Part shown: piece after piece, positions 1 through 8,412 of the stretch
How the letters are laid out: every line of letters begins with the position of its first letter
How positions within the stretch are numbered: the first letter of the stretch is position 1
Source of the DNA: an uncultured virus (IMG/VR IMGVR_UViG_3300003322_001263)
Lineage: Duplodnaviria > Heunggongvirae > Uroviricota > Caudoviricetes
Length of the DNA stretch: 20,000 nt
Virus record (IMG/VR): IMGVR_UViG_3300003322_001263
Strand: one strand, 5' to 3'
Translations under genes and position numbers: made by a program
The notes under the pieces: generated by a model
Told to the model about the DNA's origin: nothing
What the model saw: the letters and a program-made list of their open reading frames with translations, nothing else
Databases searched by the model: none

Positions 1-1
1 G

Positions 2-241
2 GGCAATAGCCGTTTGCGCAATGCCATAATAACAGCGGACTGCCAAGAACGCCGCGGCATGTTTAACAGCTACATATTAACATTTAATACCAAAAAAGCG
101 GCTATTACGGCCCTTGGAAGGGCTTACCGGCACCTGCGCACTGAAGAACCCGGCATTGCTGGCAAAATTGGTGGCCTAAATTACAGCCGCGGGTATGCTT
201 TAGCCTATGATGCCAGCCGGGCGGTTTTGGTCGAAAATTAA
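2..241 (+). CDS. Hypothetical phage protein, 5'-truncated by the window edge
   Basis: Frame of ORF 14..241 is open back to position 2; ends at TAA 239-241 just before a promoter. Confidence 0.6.
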   Translation, partial: GNSRLRNAIITADCQERRGMFNSYILTFNTKKAAITALGRAYRHLRTEEPGIAGKIGGLNYSRGYALAYDASRAVLVEN

Positions 242-266
242 GGCAAAAAAATATTTGTTTAAAAAG

Positions 267-297
267 TTTGGTAATCTGCAAACTCTTTGTATATTTG
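267..297 (+). promoter_or_regulatory. Bacteroidota sigma70-type promoter P1
   Basis: TTTG 267-270, 19-nt spacer, TATATTTG 290-297; matches the -33/-7 consensus TTTG/TAnnTTTG; upstream of ORF 336. Confidence 0.85.
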
Positions 298-335
298 ATA
301 TACCAATAACGGCATAACAAATAAAACTCAAAAAA

Positions 336-554
336 ATGGCAACTTACCAAATAATGAAAGAAAATCAAAAGTTCGAAATGGTAGACGGTTCTTTAAAATT
401 AGTAAGCAAGCCTACCAAAGTAAAGACAATTAAAGCAAAAGACGACGCCGCTGCAATTGCCGCTTTTTACAAATATGCAGTTAAAAATGAAGCTTTTGGC
501 CTTTGCTTATTTTCTGTAGAAAACAACGATTTTGTAAAAACTTCTAACTTATAA
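336..554 (+). CDS. Hypothetical early protein (72 aa)
   Basis: ATG after A-rich leader downstream of P1; Lys-rich small protein. Confidence 0.8.
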   Translation: MATYQIMKENQKFEMVDGSLKLVSKPTKVKTIKAKDDAAAIAAFYKYAVKNEAFGLCLFSVENNDFVKTSNL

Positions 555-581
555 TCACACACACCTTTAATACTACGTAAA

Positions 582-992
582 ATGAACACAGCCACAACAA
601 CCCCCGTAATTGATTACACCCGCATACAAAAAGAGATTTTTATGCAGCAACAAAAAGTTGCCCGTATGCAACAGTTTTTAATGCAACGCAGCCTTAAATT
701 GGAGGCCGCTGCGCACGCTATAGAAAAATTTATGGAACACAACAGGTTAGTGCTGCCAAAATACACAAATGCCCATAGCACCGGCTGGGGAAGTAATGAA
801 TATTCAGACGATAGCGATATGCTTATAGAATGCTTGGCCGTGTGTACCGAAGGGATTAAAAATATAGCCCTTTATACCAAAAGATTTACCACTAAGTGGG
901 ACGAACAAATGAAACACACTACCGGCATTAGCTTAGACCGGGTTATTATTGCGGGCGGCAAGGCAACCCTTCATCTGCGGGTACGTCCATAA
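582..992 (+). CDS. Hypothetical protein (136 aa)
   Basis: Co-oriented ORF with AAA-ATG start; no family recognised. Confidence 0.8.
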   Translation: MNTATTTPVIDYTRIQKEIFMQQQKVARMQQFLMQRSLKLEAAAHAIEKFMEHNRLVLPKYTNAHSTGWGSNEYSDDSDMLIECLAVCTEGIKNIALYTKRFTTKWDEQMKHTTGISLDRVIIAGGKATLHLRVRP

Positions 993-1000
993 CCGGTTAT

Positions 1001-1030
1001 ACTGTGGCGGCAAACAATAGCCGCCACAGT
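1001..1030. terminator. Perfect 11-bp hairpin (terminator or RNA-processing stem)
   Basis: ACTGTGGCGGC 1001-1011 / GCCGCCACAGT 1020-1030, 8-nt loop, right after the stop at 992; U-tract is poor. Confidence 0.55.
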
Positions 1031-1040
1031 TCTAAATAAA

Positions 1041-1073
1041 TTTGGTAGGTTTTCTAAAAGAAACTTATATTTG
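1041..1073 (+). promoter_or_regulatory. Bacteroidota sigma70-type promoter P2
   Basis: TTTG 1041-1044, 21-nt spacer, TATATTTG 1066-1073. Confidence 0.85.
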
Positions 1074-1121
1074 TACAAACAATAAGCTACACATATTTCT
1101 AAACTTTCAAAAAATTCTAAT

Positions 1122-2024
1122 ATGTCACGTAAACGCGTAAAAACAATTGATGCCTTTAATTTCAAAAATGGCACCCTGCAACAGGATAACCTTTTTGTAA
1201 ACCCGCGGCTGGTAAATGTAAGCGAAGCCACCGGTTTTGAAACCATGGATGGTGTGCATAGCCTGCTTACCGTTACAGACCCCCACACAGGCATACAGAC
1301 CGCTGTTAATGCTGTAAGTAGTAAATACGGCCACTTGCCTAACGAAGAATTTATACCGCTTATAGAAGAACGGCTTGAAGGTGCTGGCATTGGCTATGTA
1401 CGCCAAAGTATTAACCGGCAAAATGTTGCATTTGCGGTTGACTACATACTTACCGACGACAACATGCACATTAATATTAAGAAGGGCCGGGATAAAATTA
1501 AGCCCATGATCCGCGTGCTTAATAGCTATAACGGCAGCAGCAAGACAGAAGGGCATTTTGGGTTTTTCAGGGAAATTTGTAGTAATGGCCTGCATACCGC
1601 CAGCACTGCATTGAATTTTGCCATCCGCCACCGGGGTGACATGAAAAAAATTGTTATACCAAAACTGGAAGACCTTATTGCTGCCTTTATGGATAATGAA
1701 TTTTACAGCATACATAAAAAGTTTGAAGTGTTGGCCGAAAAAGCAATTACCGACGTAGAAGGGTTTGTAAAATATACCCTTGGCGAAACCGGCTTACTTA
1801 AATATGCCAAAAGCGAGAAAAACCCAGACGATCCCAGCATTGGCGCGCAGTTTATAATTGATGTAATTAATAACGAAGCTAAAGAGCTTGGCACAAAGCC
1901 GAACCTGTGGCTTGGCTACAATGCGTTCAATGAATACATTCACACTCAAAACCAACAGGCATTCATGTTGCAAGAGCGAGCAGATCATAAATTGTTTGAA
2001 ACTATTTTGGCGCAAGGTAACTAG
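1122..2024 (+). CDS. DUF932-family (phage/plasmid-like) protein
   Basis: Motifs VSSKYGHLPNEEF, VLNSYNGS, FREICSNGL and terminal NLWLGYNAFNEY resemble DUF932 / TIGR03299-like proteins. Confidence 0.75.
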   Translation: MSRKRVKTIDAFNFKNGTLQQDNLFVNPRLVNVSEATGFETMDGVHSLLTVTDPHTGIQTAVNAVSSKYGHLPNEEFIPLIEERLEGAGIGYVRQSINRQNVAFAVDYILTDDNMHINIKKGRDKIKPMIRVLNSYNGSSKTEGHFGFFREICSNGLHTASTALNFAIRHRGDMKKIVIPKLEDLIAAFMDNEFYSIHKKFEVLAEKAITDVEGFVKYTLGETGLLKYAKSEKNPDDPSIGAQFIIDVINNEAKELGTKPNLWLGYNAFNEYIHTQNQQAFMLQERADHKLFETILAQGN

Positions 2025-2049
2025 CTTTGCATGGATATACCCATCCACG

Positions 2050-2076
2050 GCCCGGTGTTTCTACATCGGGCTTTTT
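2050..2076 (+). terminator. Intrinsic terminator, TTCT loop
   Basis: GCCCGGTGT-TTCT-ACATCGGGC then TTTTT; G-U pair only works on + strand. Confidence 0.85.
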
Positions 2077-2104
2077 GTTTATTTGAATATAATGTGTATA
2101 TTTG
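2074..2104 (+). promoter_or_regulatory. Bacteroidota sigma70-type promoter P3
   Basis: TTTG 2074-2077, 19-nt spacer, TATATTTG 2097-2104. Confidence 0.8.
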
Positions 2105-2109
2105 TATAA

Positions 2110-2306
2110 TAAATATTTTAGTGGCGGTTCAATTATTTAATGTCCCGCATTTGTTAGCAGTTATTGGTATGTTTTTCATGGCGCGGGTGGTTTGTTTCCC
2201 GCGCCATATTTTAAACAAGGGCAATCGTTTTTCATCATACAGTAACAAAGATTAGGATTTTAGTTTAAGAAGTACGTGTGATCCCCTGTTTTTACAGGGG
2301 ATTTTT
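2110..2306 (+). ncRNA. Candidate small RNA(s) or structured leader between P3 and a terminator
   Basis: No convincing ORF; 10-bp stem 2178-2187/2198-2207; GTTTTTCAT at 2171 and 2227; ends in terminator 2281-2306. Confidence 0.45.
2281..2306 (+). terminator. Intrinsic terminator, TTTT loop
   Basis: ATCCCCTGT-TTTT-ACAGGGGAT then TTTT. Confidence 0.8.
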
Positions 2307-2338
2307 ACTTATTCGTTACCGTTATAAAGATGTAAGCA

Positions 2339-3157
2339 ATGAGAATAAACTATAAAAATACTGCATTAGGATTACTAATCAACATGGATGAACGCCAATT
2401 TAGATTGGTTGACGATGGCGGGGTTACCACCCGCGAACAAAAAACAAGAATGGGCTTAAGCATTGTTAGGGAATGGCCTAAGATGCGCGATAGGTTTGCA
2501 TATAATATTCGTTATATGAGCAAGTCATTTTATGAGGCATACGAAAAATCAGTAATCAAGCTAGCGGATGTTCTAGATGCCGAACCAATGGACGAACATG
2601 GTACAATTATATTTTCGCCTAATACGGGCGAAAATACTACTATATTTTACCATATACATACATGGGGTAAGGATGCAGATTTTAAAGTAGAAGCTGTAAT
2701 CTTTATGTTCACTAGTCACGCCGATAAGGACAAGCCTGCGCTTGCTGCATTTATTCAAAAATACCCGAATGGTGGCGTAAAAGAATATATATCAAAAAAG
2801 GCGCGCGATTTTGACATGACAGATGTTAGCATGTTCGCGGATATATTTACTTTGCTGCTTTTTATTAAATATTGCGATATTGAAACAAAAGTTATTGACC
2901 CAAAGAAGCAGCGTAAACAAGTGGTAGCAGGGCAAAAATATCTAAATGAAACCGATAAGCGCATAACTATATTAGATAGTACATGGTTTACTAATTTAGT
3001 AGTCAGTGGCGCATTTGGCGTAAGCGGTCACTTACGTTGGCAACCCTACGGACCGGGCCTAACACAAAAGAAGCTTATTTGGATTGACGACTATACAAAA
3101 GAAGGCTATACCCGCAAAGCAAAAGTATTAACTAAAACAGAAAACAATGGAGGATAA
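2339..3157 (+). CDS. Conserved hypothetical phage protein (272 aa)
   Basis: C-terminal VSGHLRWQPYGPG..KLIWIDDYTKEGY resembles a recurrent V-x-G-H-x-R-x-Q-P-Y-G phage motif of unknown function. Confidence 0.8.
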   Translation: MRINYKNTALGLLINMDERQFRLVDDGGVTTREQKTRMGLSIVREWPKMRDRFAYNIRYMSKSFYEAYEKSVIKLADVLDAEPMDEHGTIIFSPNTGENTTIFYHIHTWGKDADFKVEAVIFMFTSHADKDKPALAAFIQKYPNGGVKEYISKKARDFDMTDVSMFADIFTLLLFIKYCDIETKVIDPKKQRKQVVAGQKYLNETDKRITILDSTWFTNLVVSGAFGVSGHLRWQPYGPGLTQKKLIWIDDYTKEGYTRKAKVLTKTENNGG

Positions 3158-3338
3158 ACTACCATATACATATATTAGCCTAACTGAATTTAATGAAAAG
3201 GTAAAAGAATTTTCTAAGACCAATGTGCTTCTAAATAGTTTACTTGAAAATAAATATAGAACATGGCGGGAATTACCTGAGCATTTAATACAAGATTTAT
3301 TTAAAAAGCTTGGGTGTAAGCCTATAATTTATAAATAA
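3147..3338 (+). CDS. Hypothetical protein (63 aa)
   Basis: Start overlaps the upstream gene end; operon-like packing. Confidence 0.7.
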   Translation: MEDKLPYTYISLTEFNEKVKEFSKTNVLLNSLLENKYRTWRELPEHLIQDLFKKLGCKPIIYK

Positions 3339-3344
3339 CCAATA

Positions 3345-3578
3345 ATGGAAATAACAGACTTCCCGGTAACAGTTGCCTATAATATGGCAAATAAAAAAAT
3401 AGGCTGTGTATTAATTCAGGCCGCAATGGGCGCCACTATATCTAGATCATGAATTATCTTTGCTTTTGATACTAAATATTGGGAATTAAGCTCATCTAAA
3501 TGTAAATTGTATATCATAAATTCAAAAACAGAACTAGATTTCATGGTTCGAATAACAAAAGAAGCTTACAATGGATAA
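3345..3578 (+). pseudogene. 77-codon ORF interrupted by an in-frame TGA at 3450-3452
   Basis: MEITDFPVTVAYNMANKKIGCVLIQAAMGATISRS*IIFAFDTKYWELSSSKCKLYIINSKTELDFMVRITKEAYNG; fills the gap between 3338 and 3571 and overlaps the next start. Confidence 0.6.
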
Positions 3579-3885
3579 ACTAAAAATTGTCAATCCTACA
3601 TCAATAGACCTTGGCGATGCATTGGGTATTACAACAGATAGGCTAATAACCTTAAGCAAGGGCATGGATGAAATGGTAAACCGTGCCAGCGCTGGCGAAG
3701 TTCGGTTAGTGTACACCGTTGATATAATAAATTATATTCGCGGCTTATGCCACACAGAAGAAGAATTTATATGGGCGTATCATAACCATATAATATGGAT
3801 GGCACGAACAAATAGATTGTTTACTACCGCTGAGGCGCAAACTGTGGCAATAGAAAAATTTGGCAAGCCTTTCAATTTTAAATAA
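3571..3885 (+). CDS. Hypothetical protein (104 aa)
   Basis: Operon-packed ORF; no family recognised. Confidence 0.75.
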   Translation: MDKLKIVNPTSIDLGDALGITTDRLITLSKGMDEMVNRASAGEVRLVYTVDIINYIRGLCHTEEEFIWAYHNHIIWMARTNRLFTTAEAQTVAIEKFGKPFNFK

Positions 3886-3886
3886 A

Positions 3887-4099
3887 ATGTCGTTACCAAA
3901 AAAAGCCAGAAGCGGCGATTTATTTGATAAGGTTCTTATTAATGTATATGACCTAAAAACGAAACAAATTGTTTTTACTGGCGGGCAATGCCAAGTAGCG
4001 AGTTTTTTAAATATATCGCAATCACACATTTTTAATTATATAAAAACAAAATCTAAATTCAGAAAAAAATACGCCTTAAGGATGGCAAAATCAAAATGA
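3887..4099 (+). CDS. Small basic HTH protein (NUMOD1-like DNA-binding), 70 aa
   Basis: ATG 3887 directly after TAA 3885; INVYDLKTKQIVF..QVASFLNISQSHIFNYIK resembles NUMOD1/IENR-type HTH. Confidence 0.6.
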   Translation: MSLPKKARSGDLFDKVLINVYDLKTKQIVFTGGQCQVASFLNISQSHIFNYIKTKSKFRKKYALRMAKSK

Positions 4100-4503
4100 A
4101 AACATTTGGCAACTATTTATTAGAATTACTTGGCGGCATAACATTTATCATTTTTATGATGTGGCTTTGCAGCGCCTGTAATAGCCCACAGCGGCAAATA
4201 AAAATGATACATGACTACCAAGACAGCATTGGTATTACCAAGCTACAATTAGATTATATAGATCAACAGCGTGATAGTTTGGCTATGGCTTACCAAATGC
4301 ACTACCCAGCCAAGGCATTCCCGCGCATAGACACCAGCGCGCATTACGCGTATGTACGCGAGGAAAGCGCCGCCTACCATCAATTATTGAGAGATCAGGC
4401 CACATTTGACGCCCGCTTTGATCCGGTTAAAGTTCAGTATCTAGAAAACCTAGACAGGTATAAACGTATTGTTGACAGTTTAAAATTATTATTACATGAC
4501 TGA
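4096..4503 (+). CDS. Putative lipoprotein (135 aa)
   Basis: N-terminal Lys, hydrophobic stretch, lipobox-like LCSAC; ATGA overlap with the previous gene. Confidence 0.7.
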   Translation: MKTFGNYLLELLGGITFIIFMMWLCSACNSPQRQIKMIHDYQDSIGITKLQLDYIDQQRDSLAMAYQMHYPAKAFPRIDTSAHYAYVREESAAYHQLLRDQATFDARFDPVKVQYLENLDRYKRIVDSLKLLLHD

Positions 4504-4744
4504 TAGCTTAAGAATTATTATTGAGGTAACAGGTGGCTTGATACCGGGCAAAACTATGCCGCAGTATACCAAGCAATTTATTATTACTAGCGATACGTGG
4601 TATGCACAAGGTATTTATGAAGGCAAGCAAGAAGAAGCGCGTTTGGAAATATTAAAAGTATACGGTTTTGCACAAGAATATGCGCGTAATCTAATGAATC
4701 CGCAAGTGTGCAATTGGGTGAACTTAAATTGGCTGTACTTATGA
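4496..4744 (+). CDS. Hypothetical protein (82 aa)
   Basis: Overlaps upstream stop; operon-packed. Confidence 0.75.
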   Translation: MTDSLRIIIEVTGGLIPGKTMPQYTKQFIITSDTWYAQGIYEGKQEEARLEILKVYGFAQEYARNLMNPQVCNWVNLNWLYL

Positions 4745-4851
4745 GATTTTGGAAATTGTTTATTGATGGCTATTGTTACAGCGCAGGCATCTTGCTTGCG
4801 CTGGCTACTATATGGGCTATAATATATTTAATAAAAAACCGGCGCGGTTAG
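4741..4851 (+). CDS. Single-TM microprotein (36 aa), not in the ORF track
   Basis: ATGA overlap at 4741-4744; MRFWKLFIDGYCYSAGILLALATIWAIIYLIKNRRG. Confidence 0.6.
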   Translation: MRFWKLFIDGYCYSAGILLALATIWAIIYLIKNRRG

Positions 4852-4858
4852 CGCCGGT
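4833..4858 (-). terminator. Intrinsic terminator at the convergence of the two arms
   Basis: ACCGGCGC-GGTTA-GCGCCGGT with A6 on its left, giving a U-tract on the - strand. Confidence 0.75.
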
Positions 4859-4901
4859 CTGAATGGACAATGCAAATGAACAGCAGGTAGATGAGTGCAA
4901 A

Positions 4902-5294
4902 TTAAATTTCTGGTGCTGGCGTTGGTGTTGGTGCTGGTTGATCCGGCACGGTGCCTTCTAAGTCTGTTCTAGTAGTAGCTAAGTTGTTGCTAATATTAGT
5001 TAGACTGTTAGCAATGTCTTGAATCTGTTCCGCTGTTGCGCCGTTTGCAAGTTGCTGTTGCAAGGTTGTGATCTGGCTATTCAGGTCGTTTACAACTCCT
5101 GCATTAGTGTCAAGCAACTCCTGAACTTGCGCTTGTTCATTGTCTAATGCGGTTTGCAAATCTGTTACTTGTGTTTGCAAACTGCCTACTTGCGTTTTTA
5201 AATCATCAATAGCTGCCATAATTAAAGATTGATTTTGTATTATTAAATCTAATTTATCATTATCGGCTTCTAATACTTCTATACAGAATTTCAT
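4902..5294 (-). CDS. Coiled-coil protein with Pro-rich tail (130 aa; alternative start 5219)
   Basis: Heptad pattern IDDLKTQVGSLQTQVTDLQTAL; C-terminal PDQPAPTPTPAPEI. Confidence 0.75.
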   Translation of the reverse strand: MKFCIEVLEADNDKLDLIIQNQSLIMAAIDDLKTQVGSLQTQVTDLQTALDNEQAQVQELLDTNAGVVNDLNSQITTLQQQLANGATAEQIQDIANSLTNISNNLATTRTDLEGTVPDQPAPTPTPAPEI

Positions 5295-5351
5295 AGCCTA
5301 TAAATTTGTTGCAATATAAGCAAATATCGTACCTGGCAGTATTGCTAAAAT

Positions 5352-5382
5352 AAAAAAACGGCGGCTTTTAAACCACCGTTTT
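5352..5382 (-). terminator. Intrinsic terminator downstream of the virion operon
   Basis: - strand AAAACGGTGG-TTTAAAAG-CCGCCGTTTTTTT; the G-U pair only works on the - strand. Confidence 0.8.
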
Positions 5383-5445
5383 GCTTCTAGCGATTCTTTT
5401 TCACAAATTTCTATTACTTCACTTTCAGGCAGGCAGACCTGACTA

Positions 5446-5493
5446 CAAATGTAATTAAATTATTTACACTACCAATATTTTTTTGTACATTTG
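5446..5493. promoter_or_regulatory. Back-to-back divergent promoters, both with a TACATTTG -7 box
   Basis: + strand TACATTTG 5486-5493 with TTTA 19 nt upstream; - strand TACATTTG 5453-5446 with ATTG 19 nt upstream. Confidence 0.65.
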
Positions 5494-5496
5494 TTA

Positions 5497-5560
5497 TTCT
5501 CATAAAAGCAATAATTTTTCTCATTGGACTGGCCGGGTATTTCTATACCCGGCTTTATTT
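5497..5560 (+). ncRNA. Candidate ~60-nt small RNA
   Basis: Promoter 5463-5493, TTCTCAT twice (5497, 5518), terminator GCCGGGTAT-TTCT-ATACCCGGC-TTTATTT; no ORF. Confidence 0.5.
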
Positions 5561-6514
5561 ATTATTGGCAGCAACCCATTTTTTATATGCTGAACTACTT
5601 ATTACTTCATTATATAAATTAGGGTCTTGATTCTTTACAAGAGTGGCACTTACTGGCCCGGCTTGGTGGCCACAATTGTAACCGCCCAACAGCGTTAAAA
5701 AATTGGCTACTGTGGTGGTTGGGTACATACCATCGGGTAGCCCGGTTTTAGCATTTAAAGGCACTTTAACGCTCTTGCCATCTTTTGTATAATACAAATC
5801 CTTTGCCTTTAATAAGTCTGGTATTTGGCTTATATGGAAGTACCTGCGTTCGTGCATGGCAATACAGAATGGGCGGCTGGTATTAATCAATGTATTTTGA
5901 TAGCTATACCATTCATAACCCAAATCGCTACTTGCTATCTGTGTATAGTTCCTGTTATATTGATTAATGCTATCTACTGTAATTTGTTTTGTATACCTGT
6001 CTAATAAGCCGGGGCTTTTGTCGGTAGTTAAAATTGCTTCTTTTAGATGCGATTGCATATCTTTATAACTACCGCCTTGGGTTACATTCTGTGTAAGTAT
6101 ATCACTTATTGGCTGCGCTACATTTGCATCAATGCCATTTTCCATTAGCTTTGTTACGGTATCTTGAATAGCTATCTGTTTAATTTGCTTCAAAATACTG
6201 CTTGGTTTAAATGTGCTTTCCACTGTACGCCAATAACTATTTTGCAATGTAGTAAGGTCATTAAACGATTTTACAAACTGCTTTACTTGGCTCTTATAAC
6301 TATCGGTCAATATAACCTTAAGCAATTTATTCTTGATATTGCTTACGATTTTAATATTGCCTATGGTTGGCTTAATGCGCCCGTCTTGCAAATCTAGCTT
6401 TCGAAGCTCTTCGTCTAAGCTTTGCAGCATATCGGTTTGACTGGCCGGTATCTGCTCAATAAAAGTGCTTATGGCGTCGTCTATGCGTGCTATTATGTCT
6501 TTAAAATTTGGCAT
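5555..6514 (-). CDS. Minor head / head morphogenesis protein (MuF / SPP1 gp7-like)
   Basis: SRPFC and GGYNCGHQ motifs, helical N-terminus, immediately downstream of the portal (TAATG overlap). Confidence 0.75.
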   Translation of the reverse strand: MPNFKDIIARIDDAISTFIEQIPASQTDMLQSLDEELRKLDLQDGRIKPTIGNIKIVSNIKNKLLKVILTDSYKSQVKQFVKSFNDLTTLQNSYWRTVESTFKPSSILKQIKQIAIQDTVTKLMENGIDANVAQPISDILTQNVTQGGSYKDMQSHLKEAILTTDKSPGLLDRYTKQITVDSINQYNRNYTQIASSDLGYEWYSYQNTLINTSRPFCIAMHERRYFHISQIPDLLKAKDLYYTKDGKSVKVPLNAKTGLPDGMYPTTTVANFLTLLGGYNCGHQAGPVSATLVKNQDPNLYNEVISSSAYKKWVAANNK

Positions 6515-8409
6515 TATGCATTCGCGTTAGCTGGCTGATTATTGTTTTGTTGCTGCATGCTTGGCTGATCCATTGGCGGGTTATCGGCTTCGGTGCTGGT
6601 ATCTTGCACGGCTGTTCCGTCATTTTGGCCACCGGCCAGCGCAGCGGCAATAAGTTGTGACGCTTCGTCCATTTTTGTTATTTGTTCTACGGCATATTGG
6701 TTCATCAATTGCATCTGTTTGTCGTACTCCCAAGTATCGAAATCTTCGTTTTCAAACAACGCGCGTCGCACATACCAAACAAGATTATCGCTAATTATAT
6801 TGTTCTCGCGCGTAATTGTTTTATTCGCAGCCATAGCCAATTTATCTTCCACGGTACTGCCGGGTAATGGATCAAGTACATGTACAAGGCGGATAACCTG
6901 ATTTATGGCCGGATCCTGCGCAAAGCGTTTTGAAGCATACTCTACCTCCATTTCGCTTATAAGTAATGGATTAATTTTGGCGTCACGGGCACCCTTAATT
7001 TCGTCCCGCATGTATTGACTACTAATCAGATCATAGTGTTCTGGTACTGGTATTACAGGCACCATTTTATCAACGTCTTCTTTGGCATATATACCTAAAT
7101 AACGATAATAAGCTATAGTCCTATAAATCTTATCCATAAGCGCAATTAAATCTTCCGCGATACCATGTACCGTATTATTAAGTTCCTCCTTATCTACCTC
7201 TTTAGCTGTGCCACTTTGGTTGAGCGGTGTTTGTTCTAGAAACTGGAAGTTAATGGCGGCAAGTGCTTTATAGATATGCTTATCTACGCTTTCGTCCATT
7301 AGCTTAACAATATTAATATCCTTTTCAATATACCCTGCGGGTGGCGTTGGTAATGCCTGTTGTCCCATATCTGCCGGGCGTATTAATAATTTACTATATG
7401 GCCCGCTTGGAATGTAGCCGTTATGGCAATTTGTACATTTTAATTGACGCATTTCAGGCGCATCGCCTTCTTTCCAGTTTTGGTTAACAAGCATCCCAAC
7501 CCCTTTACACTTAGGGCATTCATGTTGTGTAAACTCCCAACGCTCTGGGTATATATTAAGCCGCTTACCGGCTTGCAAATCTGTATATTCTGCAACAGCT
7601 TCATTAAGGTTGGGTAGCATACCACTAATGCGGCTCTCGTATACAAAATTATTTTGTTCGCTATCGCATATAATACCCCCAAGCTTAAACGCTGGCAACC
7701 ACCCAAGATTATGTTGATAATCTAGCGCAAGTGTAAAATTCTTTTTTGCATCAATCTGGTCATACCGTTGTATGCTCATTGTATTAACAACATAAAAGCT
7801 ACGCCCTTGTTGTAATTTGCCTTTATTGTCGTAATAAATACAACCGGCAGCTATTTCAAGCACGGCGTATTCCTCAGATTTAAAGTCAATTACTTCGCAA
7901 CAATTGTATAGATATGGGAATGGGCTAAGATAATCTGTTACTTCAAGCCCTTCTGTAACAAGTGGCGCAATAAGTATCACCGCGTTACTGTCAATAAGAT
8001 ACTGCTTTAAAACTACATTGAAAATATAGTTTGTAAGGCTAGTAAAATATGGAAAATCTTTTTCGCAGTAATCTTCTAGTTCTTCGCCTTCTACTATTTT
8101 GTCAAATTTTTCATTTGGGTATACAATAGCCCAATCGCTTGACCTGCGTATTTTGCCAAGGCTACTAACCACCCGGCTAAATGTAGGCTTTGTAATGGGC
8201 TCCCATATTAAAAGCCTAAACTCCTTTACTATATCCGGTTCGTTTGGCCGTTGCTTATCTATAATATTGGTAGGCTTCTTGCCATCGCTATGCGGCAAAA
8301 AATCTTCATATTTTTTCTTACAATCTACATAAAAATAATGACGCATATCTGCATTGAAATAAGCGCGCAATTCTTCGGGTGTGAAAATCTTTACTGGTAA
8401 ATTTGCCAT
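6514..8409 (-). CDS. Portal protein with an inserted CxxCxGxG Zn-finger
   Basis: 631 aa; QSGTAKEVD motif typical of SPP1-like portals; adjacent to MuF-like gene; CPKCKGVG..CTNCHNG insert; low-complexity Q/N tail. Confidence 0.75.
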   Translation of the reverse strand: MANLPVKIFTPEELRAYFNADMRHYFYVDCKKKYEDFLPHSDGKKPTNIIDKQRPNEPDIVKEFRLLIWEPITKPTFSRVVSSLGKIRRSSDWAIVYPNEKFDKIVEGEELEDYCEKDFPYFTSLTNYIFNVVLKQYLIDSNAVILIAPLVTEGLEVTDYLSPFPYLYNCCEVIDFKSEEYAVLEIAAGCIYYDNKGKLQQGRSFYVVNTMSIQRYDQIDAKKNFTLALDYQHNLGWLPAFKLGGIICDSEQNNFVYESRISGMLPNLNEAVAEYTDLQAGKRLNIYPERWEFTQHECPKCKGVGMLVNQNWKEGDAPEMRQLKCTNCHNGYIPSGPYSKLLIRPADMGQQALPTPPAGYIEKDINIVKLMDESVDKHIYKALAAINFQFLEQTPLNQSGTAKEVDKEELNNTVHGIAEDLIALMDKIYRTIAYYRYLGIYAKEDVDKMVPVIPVPEHYDLISSQYMRDEIKGARDAKINPLLISEMEVEYASKRFAQDPAINQVIRLVHVLDPLPGSTVEDKLAMAANKTITRENNIISDNLVWYVRRALFENEDFDTWEYDKQMQLMNQYAVEQITKMDEASQLIAAALAGGQNDGTAVQDTSTEADNPPMDQPSMQQQNNNQPANANA

Positions 8410-8412
8410 AGT

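Noticed and set aside
1125..1715. 196-aa - strand ORF and other - strand ORFs in 105-4029
   Set aside because: Antisense shadows of well-formed + strand genes; no recognisable motifs
2022..2029. TAGCTTTG as an additional promoter
   Set aside because: Nearest TTTG boxes are 12 and 23 nt away, outside the 19-21 spacing
2031..2255. 74-aa ORF in the intergenic region
   Set aside because: Runs through a terminator and a promoter; composition not gene-like
2105..2310. CRISPR mini-array or tRNA
   Set aside because: Only a 9-nt repeat, no repeat-spacer periodicity and no cloverleaf or T-loop motif
3450..3480. Selenocysteine insertion or genome-wide TGA recoding
   Set aside because: No convincing SECIS stem 3' of the TGA; TGA, TAG and TAA all act as stops in tightly packed genes
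4902..5294. Spanin assignment for the coiled-coil protein
   Set aside because: No N-terminal TM or lipobox and no adjacent endolysin
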